Positions 12,201 through 24,900 of a stretch of DNA of 64,000 nucleotides are shown in pieces. The position numbers and the translations under genes are program-made. The notes below the pieces were generated by a model. It made no database searches and was not told the DNA's origin. It saw only the letters and a list, made by a program, of their open reading frames with translations. This stretch comes from Podarcis cretensis (taxonomy: Eukaryota), in assembly GCA_951804945.1 (NCBI GenBank), contig OX638152.1, positions 97,588,001 to 97,652,000 of the forward strand, in the 5' to 3' direction. Each line of letters opens with the position of its first letter. Position 1 is the first letter of the stretch.

Positions 12201-15200
12201 CATTCGGCAAATATTTCATACCCATTTTGAGCAGGGTAATGAAGTGCGGCACATCTCCCTTTTCTCGTCACCAAGATATGGGCAGCGACATCATCACAAG
12301 GCCAGGAGGAAAGAGACCCTGGGATTCAAGAGTCTATGATGATGCTGCAGTAGCAGGGGAAATCCCAGGAAAAACCCAACAGTACCCACCCAAAGTACTA
12401 TAATCCTAAAAGATTATCATAGCTGCCTCCCCCCACGACCAACACCCATAGTTGCAAAAAGGGTATCGCTTGTTCTGATGCCTGATTGACATTACCTCCT
12501 ACATTCCTCACAAATAACTTAATACACTAGTTTATGCATGCACAACTGCCTTCGGAGCTTCTATACCGGCAGGACAGAATTTTATTCTGTAATTTCAGGT
12601 GGTGAGAATGGCTCCAATTGTAACTAAAAGCTGTTTTGACAGAAGAGTCAAAACAGAAATCTGTTCCTAGGCTCCTGTGCCATATAAGGCTTTGAGTTAA
12701 GATCTAAATGATAAAGATGATGTGATCTTTGGAAAGAGAAAATTGCACAGCCACCAAATACTCTGCTAAGCAACAAACCATAGACGAGGGCCTCGCTTTC
12801 CTTGCCTGGCAAATATTTTTCACAAGAAAGCTGTGGAACCGTGTCCAAATGCAAAAAAGAAGAAGTTCAAAGCAAACTAGAAGCTACTGTAAAAAGCGAA
12901 TCTTGTTCCAGATTTTTCCAGACTCGAGGTCTGGCTTTCTTAAACGGCACAACATAAAATATAGGAAGGGAAAGGAGATACTGAAAAACTTCTTTGCGGG
13001 GCATGAAAATGGATTTGAATCTCTATACCACTTGAGGGGAAGCCTTGTAACCTCTGACCCTTTTCCTGACAGAGAATGTAAAGTTTGCCCCCCTCTAACG
13101 TGGGAGAGTGTGGGAATTTCGCTTGCCTCTATTTGCGATTGTGTCGGGCGGCGGGGGGAGCACGGCCCAGACTGCCGTCTGGAAACAATAAAGGCTGGCG
13201 AGCTGTTCAGTTGGTTACTAATAAGTTGGTAGCTTGTCTTCAGCCCCTTTTAGTCCCACTGCATAAAGGCCCAGTTCTCTAAATTAAATTCTATCCAGGA
13301 GTAGGATTTAATAACTTCATTATGCTTATTGGAAAAGTTAAGTTTCCGATCCCTATTATCAAACAATTCAGCTGTGTTAAAAAAAAAACAAACAAGAAAA
13401 ACGACACTTGTTTTTAAAAAAACAACAGCAACCCAAATGTGAAACAGAGCCTGCAAAAGCAGTCTAATTTTAACAACCCATTTAAATGAAAATAGGACAC
13501 AGGACACTGGCAGATTCTTCCACAGACGCTGTAGTGAAATGAAAGGGTTCTTAGCCATTGTGTAACTCGCGTTCATTTCTGAAGGAGCATCACCTCAGTT
13601 TGCTGTGCTTTTTTATTTCTAATGGTAACTCAGTGGTTTGCTAACTAGATTGAAAATCTAGTGTCTGGTTTAAATATGTATGTCTGTATTTTTATGTAAC
13701 TGGTATTAAAATGCACACATAAGATTCATTGGATTTTAATCTTCCCTTTTCAGGTGGATGAAGTAATGCTCACTCTGAAACAAGCGTTCAGCACGGCTGC
13801 AGCCCTCCAGAGTGCCAAGACTCAGATTAAGCTCTGTGAGGCCTGCCCAATGCACTCTCTGCACAAGCTCTGCGAAAGGATTGAAGGTAGTTGTGAGCCC
13901 TTGCTTGCTTTCTGAATCTGGAGCATTGTGCTTTGCACACAAAGGTGCCACGGGGCTTTGTTTTGCAGTAAGTCAAGCTTGTTTGCTTAGGGTGCCATGC
14001 TAAGTCTTCCAGTGTCCATAAACACCTGGTTAAGGCTGTAATTTATGTTAGATTGCCTTGCGTATACCATAACTGTGAGGGAATATAACTTAACTACCTG
14101 GACCCTGAGATCATCTTCTGAGGCCCTTCCTGTGCCTCCTCGGTGCCAGAGAGTGGCAACACGAGAACGGGGCCTTCTCTGCAGTGGCTCCCCATCTGTG
14201 GAATGCTCTCCCCAGGGAAGTTCACCTGGCGCCTTCATTACACACCTTTAGGTGCCAGGCACAAACCTTCCTTTTTAACCAGGCCTTTGGATGATCTGAT
14301 TTACATCCAATGCTCTTTTAAAATGTGTTTTTTTGCGGGGGCCACTATTGGGTTGTTGTTTTTATTTTTATTATGTATTTTGTGGTTTTATGTCTTGATT
14401 TTATTCTGTGAACCACCCTGGGACTTCCGGGTATAGGGCAGTTTATAAATTCAAACAACAACAACAACAACAACTTTTCTTGTGGATATTTGGTTCTGTA
14501 TCAAGAAGGCCCACCCACCTATTATAGGCCCCTTTCCTGTTATAAGGTTATAGGATTCCTGACACAGCCATAAATAGGACATGTGCCAGATTGTCGCCTT
14601 TTAAAGGAAAGGAAGAGGGGATACCTTGAACTATTTGAACCCTATCCAGAAGAAGAGCTCTGCAAAATCAGACCAAGGTCTAGCGAATCCGTTCAGTAAT
14701 TGTGTTTCCATTGGTGGCTAGAGAGGTTATTTTGCAAAACCCACACAACAGTTAATGAAGACAACAGCTTGCTCCCTACAGACCACCCAGTGGTGCCTCA
14801 GAAGTCAAACGGAATCCGTTCCGGAAGTCCGTTCAACTTCCAAAACGTTTGGAAACCAAGGCATGGCTTCTGATTGGAACGTTCGCAAACCGGAACACTC
14901 ACTTCCGGGTTTGCGGCATTTGGGAGCCAAAACGTTGGACTCACAAGGCATTCGGGATCCAAGGTCCAATTGTGTTTGGTATTCTACCCTGGCTGGTCAT
15001 TCCACCTGAACAGTGCTATTTTCCTATATATTTGTAAAGGCTCATCCATACTTCCTTTTGTGCTGTATTTCTAGGCATGGTTCTAGTATTGTTGTTTTTG
15101 TCTTGGTGCTTTCCCCAGGAAAACCCTCATTTTAACACTGAGAGAAAAAATGCCCCGGTGCATCCATAACAGCAAAACTGGGCACCTTCCTCAGCCCCAC

Positions 15201-17086
15201 CTGCAACAAAACCTGTCTCTCCCGTATCGGTCTCTACAGTGCTGTAACTCCAATGGTTTGACCACCCCCAAAGGCGCATTTATATATGGTCTCCTGAACA
15301 GGCGGGTGCCAGCATACATACCACCGAATCAGGGCAAATGGCAGCCAGTGGGCAACCCTATCGCCGTTTACTCTGATTCAGCGGCGAAACACGGGTTTCC
15401 CCGAGGGAAGCACAACATGGACCCTGTGCCTGGAAAGTGCAGAGCAAAAGGAAGTCTAAATGAGCCCTAACTCATCCTGGGCAACATTTTCCATCAAAAG
15501 GATGACTCACACATTTTAAGAACGCGACGTGGAAACCTTATTCAGAATAGAGGCCGTTGGAAGCTAGTCACTATACTGACAGCATGACAAGGCTACCCAC
15601 ATGGTACTCCCCCCTCCCCCCAGCCCAAAATAAAGCTTACTTTCTTCTATGCTGGCATGTGTTTATAGCAGAAGTACATATTTAGTTGTCAGCTCCCTCT
15701 GGTGGGCAGAGAAGAGTGCCAAGTCTGCGCAAGTGCAGCCCGTGACTTAAGCTGATGTTTTCTTGAAGAAAAGAAAGAGCTTTGTCTGGGGCAGGGGGCG
15801 GGTTGGCAGGTTCTGGAAGGGTGTATGTAGGACCTATAATCACCTCTCTCGAGAATGACTGACTGATTGAACGCTCAAACTGAAATCCTGCGGGAGGCCT
15901 GGGTTTTGAAATGGGAACGTCTTTCCTTGGCCTTAAGAGAGAGGAGGGGGGGAAACCCCACTGCTGAGTTAGGATTCTGCCCTTGAGCAAGAAAAATGCA
16001 CACAAACAACAACAACAACAACAACAACAACTTTGCATTGATTTAGCTACGCCAGCAGCTTAAAGAAGATTTCTATCACATGTGGTGGGTGGGTATTTAT
16101 TTATTTAAAAAAAGAACTGCTATATCTTGGGAGACTGTGCTTCGGTCAATAGAGGCATTCCAGGTGAAAGAAGGTGCCAGACCTGGTGGTATGCTCATTA
16201 AATTTTGTTAAATATTGGGTACCAGTGAAGGGAAAAGCCCACTTCATAGTGCCAAGAGGCTCTCGGAGCAGCCGAGAAAAAGTTTCTCAAACAAAATCTC
16301 TATTAAAATGTGGCACACAAACAGAAATCACATGGTGCTCGTATGAAGGAGGCAGTTCTGGCTGCCATCCTAATATTGTCTCTGGTGTCATATCAACTCC
16401 CTCTCGAATCCTCTGAGGCAAGGCAGTGCATCTGAGAAGATGGATCTCACTTGGCACATGGCAGAGGCCATCTTCTCTTGCATCTATAAAGGAGGGCCCC
16501 CATAAGATCTTTAAGTCCAGTGCCCAAAACCACATAATCACATCACTGATGGTGGTTCTATTTACCCGCTTGCTTGTTTGAGACCCGCCTCTCCCTTTCC
16601 ATAAATTAAGAATGCAATAAGACTGAATTTGTAAAAGCTGTGGAGCAGAAACTTTTGTTTTTAGCATAAAATCTGGGTTTTCTTGACATTGTCATGACTT
16701 AATATACTGCACATTATTCAGTGTTAATGTTCTACAACAAGTATGGTGAGATGGTTTGTCAAATAAATATAACTTACCTCATCAATGTCTGCCTGCCTCT
16801 CTGTTGTTTTTTAAGGTCTTTATCCACCAAGAGCTAAACTTGTGATTCAGAAACATCTGTCCTCTCTCAGTGACAATGAGCAAGCTGACATCTTTGAGCG
16901 TGTGCAGGTAATAAACCAAACCAGTTGACATTCATTCTCTGGAACGGGACTACAGGATCCAGTTGTTAGCTCAGAGACACCAAGAATCAAAAGTACATTC
17001 ACAAATGTACTCCGAAGGCTATTGTTAAACAGCTGTAAGCTGCCCAGAATGACTGGGAAAACCCAGCCAGATGGGCGGGGTATAAA

Positions 17087-17133
<47 letters not shown>

Positions 17134-20100
17134 TGTAATGAAATTAATTTATTTTGATACTTTATTTCTAGAAGAATGAATTGTCTATTGTTCTATAAAA
17201 ATCAAGTTGAACCAGAATTGCAGATATCAAATTTCCAAAAATATATTGCTTATTTCCCACCTAACAGAAAATGAAGCCCGTTACTGACCAGGAAGACAAT
17301 GAGCTGGTGATCTTACACTTGCGACAACTGTGTGAAGCTAAACAAAAGGCTCACGTGCATATTGGAGAGGCCCCAATGGTAAGACTCTTTATCCTGTTTT
17401 GTCGTTTAGTGATGGCGGAAGACATCTTAGAATATGAACCCAAGTGCTTCTGTTGGATGGTTTCCCATCTTAGCTCCTTCTCCGGGGCTGCAGCATACAT
17501 CTGAGCATACATTTAGCTTAGTCCCAATGAAATCCCTCTGAGTTAATGTATAGTCAGGCTAGTAAACTATGGCACTTTGTGGCAGTGGTTTCCAAAGGGC
17601 AATTATGTGTTGTGCCAATCAGTTTCATTGGGTGACCCCAAGCTCTAGCCTTGTGAGAGAGGTGGGAAACTCTAGCCTTGGGGTGGGAGTTGCAAGTTGA
17701 TTTCGTTTTCAGAATAAGGAAGACAGTGAATGATAAGTACCATAGTGTAGAAATTACTGAGCGACCATCTTGAGCATCACAAGAATAGCTTCCTTTAATG
17801 ATAAACCGCCTCTTGATTGAAATATTGTTAAGGCAGCAGTTAAGTTAAAAACTACTATGAAACAAAACTTGGTTATAAAACCCAGCAAAAGTTAACTATG
17901 CCAGAGCAGTTAAACCAGGCTTCCTCAACCTTGGTCCTCCAGATGTTTTGAGACTACTGTTCCCAGCATCCCTGACCACTGGTCCTTCTAGCTAGGGATC
18001 ATGGGAGTTGTAGGCCAAAAACATATGGAGGGCCGAGGTTGAGGAAGCCTGAGTTAAACTAAAGCCCTAGTCAGTATTCTTTGCTCCTGTGTTGACAGAA
18101 GTCCCACCCACAACTTCCCCCCCAAATGGTTTTAATGTGAATGCATGTAGCAAGGGAGCCATGAGCCTTCATATTCATGCATGGAGACTTCCTGGAATCT
18201 GAAACCCTGGCTTTGCTTTCAGCGAATGAATGGCCAATGGGACCTTCTGATTTGCTTTGGGGATGCAGTACACAAAAAAAGGGGTCACTACTCCCCTGTG
18301 GCCAAGCCACAATCCAAATTGATTATAGCAACAACACCAAGAAGTCAGCGATGAATTTTGCAGCCCTGATGTTGCATCTAGTTTGACCTGGTTTCCTTAA
18401 AGTGAGATGGGCGCACAACCCCAGAGTCTGTCAAGACTGGCCCGTACGGGCAGGGGTACCTTTACCTTTACCTATATCTGTGGGTCAGTTTGGCAGGGTT
18501 GTCTTCTGTAGGCTTTGGGTTGTCTTCTGTAGGCAACATTGATGACAAAGCTTGCCTTTTTGTTTCAGCAGAATGCCTCCAACACCACAGTTCCAGAGAA
18601 CGCAGCTAGTGGTGGCAGATTCAAACTTGACATTCTGAAAAACAAGGCTAAGAAATCTTTGACCAGCTCTCTGGAAAACATTTTCTCAAGGGTAAGTTGC
18701 TCAGGAGCGAGGCCTCCTGGGATGTAATTGTCCATAAGATCATTGTAACCTTTTAGATATTTGATTACCTTCTTCGGTGACAAATTCTACCTTCTTGGGC
18801 CTATTCTTTTTTGCACCCCTCTCTTGAAAACTGAAATTTGTGTTGAATTGTACAGATCACCAATAAATCATTAAGTTGTCCTTGCAACAACTACTACAGA
18901 AATAAGAATTAATTTCAGTATGGCAAATGGTGGTCTGTTGGGAGTGCTGGTATTTTGCCTGTTGTGAATGTATTGTGCTTCTCTATTTATTTATATCACA
19001 AAATTTATACATTACTTGGTAGCTTTTTTTAAAAAAAAAAGTGGTTTACAAAAAGATAAAACTAATAGACCAGATTTTTTTTTACAATACATTAAAACTT
19101 GCAAGAAGTTTAAACGCTAAAACAGATTAAAATTCACACCAGCTTTTCTAAGCATCTGGGTAGACTTGACTAAACTTCCAAGTTATAAAAAGGTTGATAA
19201 AATAATTGGCTTGGCACAAGTTAATACCAGTTAAAACTTGGTTAAAATCATGTGATCTGCAGAGCTCTGGAGCCAACTTTCTGAGCTGACGCCATCTTAA
19301 CCAGAAGTCACTAGAGATTTGACTTGACTAAAGAGGAATGTTTTTAGTGGATTCAGAAAAGAGTTCAGTGAAGCTGCCTGCTTGATATCAATAGGCAGGG
19401 AGTTCAAAAGTGTAGGTGCCACCACACTAAAGGATTGGGTTCTAACAAATGTGGAATGGGTGTTACGGGGCACTTGTAGCAGTGCTAATTCTGCCAGTTG
19501 AAGCAATCGAGTAGGGCACATAAGGGGTAAGGCAATCTCATAGGTACACAAGTCCAAAGTTGTTAATGGCTTTAAATGCTAACTTTAAATACTAACTGGG
19601 CCTTGAACTTGGCCTGGTAGCCAATTGAACATGGGTATTCTATGCAAGGGACGCGGGTGGCGCTGTGGGTAAAACCTCAGTGCCTAGGGCTTGCCGATCG
19701 CATGGTCGGCGGTTCGAATCCCCGCGGTGGGGTGAGCTCCCGTTGCTCGGTCCCTGCTCCTGCCCACCTAGCAGTTCGAAAGCACCCTTAAGTGCAAGTA
19801 GATAAATAGGGACCGCTTTATAGCGGGAAGGTAAACGGTGTTTCCGTGTGCTGCGCTGGTGCTGGCTCGCCAGAGCAGCTTCGTCACGCTGGCCACGTGA
19901 CCCGGAAGGGTCTCCGGACAGCGCTGGCCTCCGGCCTCTTAAGTGAGATGGGCGCACAACCCTAGAGTCGGACACGACTGGCCCGTACGGGCAGGGGTAC
20001 CTTTACCTTTACCTTTTTATTCTATGCAAAGGGACGCGGGTGGCGCTGTGGTCTAAACCACAGAGCCTAGGGAAAGTCATCAGTTCGAATCCCCATGAAG

Positions 20101-21919
20101 GGGTGAGCTCCTATTGCTCTGTCCCTGCTCCTGCCCACCTAGCATTTCAAAAGCACATCAAGTAGAAGTAGATAAATAGGTACCACTCTGGTGGGAAGGT
20201 AAATGGTGTTTCCGTGCGCTGCACTGGTTTGCCAGAAGCAGCTTAGTCATGCTGGCCACATGACCCGGAAAAACTGTCTGCGGACAAACGCCGGCTCCCT
20301 TGGCCTATAGAGCAAGATGAGCGCGCAACCCCAGAGTCGTCCATGACTGGACCTAACAGTCAGGGGGTACCTTTACCTTTATTCTATGCAAACAAGGGCT
20401 CACTCCTGTCAGCAGTCAGCACCATGCGCTAACTAACTGAGTTATACAGAGGCAGCACTCTGCTTTAACTGCCTCTTCTGGATCAAGCACAAGGAAGTCC
20501 CTCATAGAGCACGTATTGAGTGTGTCATTTAACATCTGCATGTTTTGATATTATTATCAAATAGGTATTAAGAATTTTTAGGAGGTTTAGTGGCATAAGT
20601 TGTATAATGCATGGCTTGAAGCTGCATATTTTAACATGAGTAGCTTGGACAGTAAATCACTTTGTATGTAGGTCAGATTTGAAAGTTAAAATTAACTTGG
20701 CACAGTGCCTTCTGGAATTCCGTTGTTTCCGAACGTGGTTGCTGATGGGTCACATAGTCTTAGAGCCTTGCATTCAGATTCCCTCTCTTGCTTACTTAAT
20801 TAGGCACCTTGGGAGAAGATAGCATGGTATTGAAAGCAACAAACATGAGGACACCTCAAGAGCAGAAATTGGGGGTGCGTTTTGTTTGGTGAAGGACAGT
20901 CTCACTCAAACTAGAACTTTTGATTGATTGATGGCAAGCATGTATGTTGCAGTTCAGTAAATATAACATGGAAATCAAACCGAAAGGCAGGGTTGACCCT
21001 GAATTTTAGATTTGTTGTTTAATAAGCAATATATGGCCCTGGGCAGCAACTAGCTTTGCAGAAGTGCCATTTTGTGAGGAGATTAAAAGTGGTAGAAGAT
21101 GAACAACAGGCCAAGCCTACCATGCAACGAGACACCCAAAATGTATTTAGTTTCAAAAATAAACAAAAGTTGAGGCTTCCACAGTTGCAAGCTCATATCT
21201 CAAGTGCTGAGATATGAGAGGTAAGGGGTTGTCTGGCAAAAATTGTTTCCAGTTGACTGAATAAATACAACCTATTAAACTCCAGGTTTCATAAGTATAG
21301 CATATTTCTCCTGTCTTCAAAGCATGCCATACTCTGTTTAGGGTAGCTTATGAAGTCAGCACATTTTTTTGAACATTGAAAGGAAATCTTGATGCTTTCC
21401 TGAAGCAAAATCCTGAGCCTCTTAAGAATTTCATTTATATCTCCTGCTGTTTTGCTGCCAGATAAATATTTGCTTCCCTTAACAAGAGTTCTGTTCAACA
21501 GGCCTTAGTAGGTATAGCACCAATGCTCAGTTACCTTGCAAGGTTAATGACAAATGGAGGCGTCATCATTAAGGGCCACTTCTGATATGTCTAACAATCA
21601 AACTCAATTTTGGGATGAAAGCACAATGGCATCCAAGTTCGCACACATGGCTGTGGAGGGTGGGATTTGCATGTGTCCCACACGTTCCTACCATTCCTAC
21701 CCAGATGTTCCTGATTGCCTACTGAAGTTCACACAGCCCTCTGTACTAAGCCCCATGGCTTGAATCCTGTGCTTCACTCCCATTCACAGTTGCTTTTGAG
21801 GCAACAGGATCCCGCTGGCAAAAAGAGAGAAGGCAGCTTCATTAATTACTCTTCCTGCACCTTCTATGCTGTTTTGGGTGCAGTGTTAGAAACTCAGATC
21901 TATTAACTAGGCACCAAAT

Positions 21920-21969
<50 letters not shown>

Positions 21970-24900
21970 TAATTTGTTATTTATACCCCACCCATCTGGC
22001 AGGGTTTCCCCAGCCACTCTGGGCAGCTTCCAACAAATATTAAAATTCAATGGTCTGTTAAATATTAAAAGCTTCCCTAAACAGGGCTGCCTTCAGATGT
22101 CTTCTAAAAGTCTGGTAGTTGTTTTTGTCTTTGAAATCTGGTGGGAGGGTGTTCCACGGGGCGGGTGCCACTATCGAGAAGGCCCTCTGCCTAGTTCCCT
22201 GTAACTTGGCTTCTCGCAGCGAGGGAACTGCCAGAAGGCCCTCGGCACGGGACCTCAGTGTCTGGGCTGAACAATGGGGGTGGGGACACTCCTTCAGGTA
22301 TACTGGGCAAAGGTGGTTAAGGGCTTTAAAGGTCAGCACCAACACTTTGAATTGTGCTCGGAAATGTACTGGGAGCCAATGCAGATCTTTCAAGACCGGC
22401 GTTATGTGGTCTCGGCAGCTGCTCCCAGTCACCAGTCTAGCTGCCGCATTCTGGATTAGTTGTAGTTTCTGGGTCACCTTCAAAGGTAGCCCCATATAGA
22501 GCGCGTTGCAGAGTCCAAGTGAGAGATAACTAGAGCATGTACCACTCTGGTGAGACAGTCCGTGGGCACGTAGGGTCTTAGCCTGCGTACCAGATGGAGC
22601 TGGTAAACAGCTGCCCTGGACACAGAATTGACCTGTGCCTCCATGTGCAGCTGTGAGTACAGAATGACTCCCAGGCTGCACACCTGGTCCTTCATTGGCA
22701 CAGTTACCCCATGGAGGACGAGGGAGTCCTCCACACCTGCTCCTTAAGGCAGGCTTGCAGTCACCAAAATGGAATGTCTATTTGCCATTTGGAGGCAAAG
22801 CGGCTCTGAAGTCTTAGCTTTCAAATGATTGACTTGACTGTGATTAATTCTCATTTAAACATCTGGCAAGTACAGATTACAACCTTGTGTTCTGAGTACT
22901 TAAAGAAGAAAAGTCACTTGATCCAGGGACAGTCCACATATATATATATATATTGGCTATTTCCAATCTCTTTTTCTTAATGGTGACTGCTGCTGCTGCT
23001 CAGGCTGCACAGAAATAGCATTTTGATTCCTGAAATTTATTCCAATTGTACAGATAAAATATAACTGATAGAATTCTATCAGATGGGGTATTAGTATGTG
23101 AAAGCAGTCCAGATCCAATGATCCCCAGGTGCTGGAGATACCGGGCACCATCCTGGTGCAAGTGGTTAAAAGCCAGGTGCAAAATGCGCCTGGTGCCCAG
23201 CTAATTTCGAACACTGTCTGGATGGCTCCCTATCCCTGTGACATAGAATTTCAGGGGTTTAGTGACAGGAAAGGGGGAGTCAATGAGAATTGCCTTCCTA
23301 TCTGTTCCCCAGCGGGAGAATCCCATGAACAGATTTCTGCTTATGGGATCAGAGGATTCAGGACTGTATCCTTTTTTGACACATGAATGTAAGTTGCGCA
23401 TGTAATGCGCATGTAAGTTGCACAGGATTTCAGTTTTCAAGTAAGTGTTCCAATTTGGGGTTGGTTCACAGCACGTTCCAACTTGGATTTCTTTATCAAG
23501 GATATTTCTTCAGCATGGAATTAAATGGCTTGCCTTTCAGCACTTGACAGCTATATTGGTACAGATAGTGCTAGAAGCACATTCAAGCACCACAGCACAT
23601 TCAAGCACTCTGTACTATCCTTGCCAGCTTCCTCAAAGGAACTACAAAATGGGGAAGTTCCCAAATTCAGAGGGGTCCACAGGCTGCTTCTGGCCTCATC
23701 AGGCTGTCGTTGAGCCGTTAACGCTCCAGGCGAAATCCTTTTGTGAATTGTTTTCCTGGCTTTGCTCCCTTGTAGCCGAAAGTAAGCTGCTGTTTGTGAA
23801 TTGCAGAGAGTGGAGAATGGGATCTTAACAGGTGGGATGCTTTGCTGTTATTCCGTAGGGAGCTAACCGAATGCGCGGCCGGTTGGGGAGCATGGACAGC
23901 TTTGAAAGGTGCAACAACCTCACGTCTGACAAAGTAAGTAACGGGCTTCGCGCGCGTGGGGGGTGGGGAAAAAAAGTGCAAAATTATGCTGGATATAGGA
24001 GTTTATTTGGGTTTTCCTTTAAAAAAAAAACTTGTGAGAAGCTCACTTTCTGATAAAATTATGGTTTGCTGGTGTCAGGGGCTCAGGAGCAGAGGCACAG
24101 GGGAGAGAGGAAATGGAGAGCGAAGGGGAAGAATCTGAGGGCAGCGTAGGGGAGTATGAGAGTGGCCCGAGAGATTCCATAAGCTTCTCCAGCGAATCAG
24201 AAGATTCCCAGAGGGGGGCGCCGACGGCCAGGGCAAGGGGGGTCCCAGGGGGGACACACCAGAAGCAAGGGGCCAGCGGGGACTCCCAAAGCAGCAGTGG
24301 GAGATCAGGACCGGCTCCTCCACCAGAGCATAGTGGGGGGGAAGAATCTCATGTATCAGGACCAGCTTCTCCTCCAGCAGGGAGAGAAGATGAATCAGGG
24401 CTGGCCACGCCTCCATCGCAGAGTGAGGGAACGGAGGGGGGGTCAGGTCCAGCTAGCCTCTCCGAAGGGGGAAGCAGTGACAGGAGCAGTGTAACGGTTA
24501 GGAGGAAGGTTGCTGGCTGGGCGCGCGCGCCAAGTTCAAATGTACAGGCGCGGGGCACAGCAGGTAACCCGGATTGGGAACCAGGTCCTAAAGCCCGCCG
24601 GAGGCAGGGGGAAGACTCAGGGGACTCAGCGTCAGAAGAGTCTAGAAAGGGCAAGACCCCAGCGGACAGGCGGACCCAGAGGAGGAAAGAGCAAAGGAAG
24701 AGGTGGAGCAAGGCTAGAGTCTTAAACTGGTGTCTGGGGGGTGGAGATTCAGACGGAGCTTCAGCGGTCTAGGGTTTAAGACGTAGGGCTGCACGCCGCG
24801 GCTTTGAAATCGAAACTGCGTTTCAATAAAGACTTTTGTATATAACAATGGACTGGCGTTGGTCCTTTGTGAGCTGGGACCTCGGGCAGCCCTGACAGCT

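Noticed and set aside
12729-13232. 167-aa ORF followed by AATAAA; possible LTR or gene
   Set aside because: TTG start, no recognisable homology, and no TG..CA ends or TSD found
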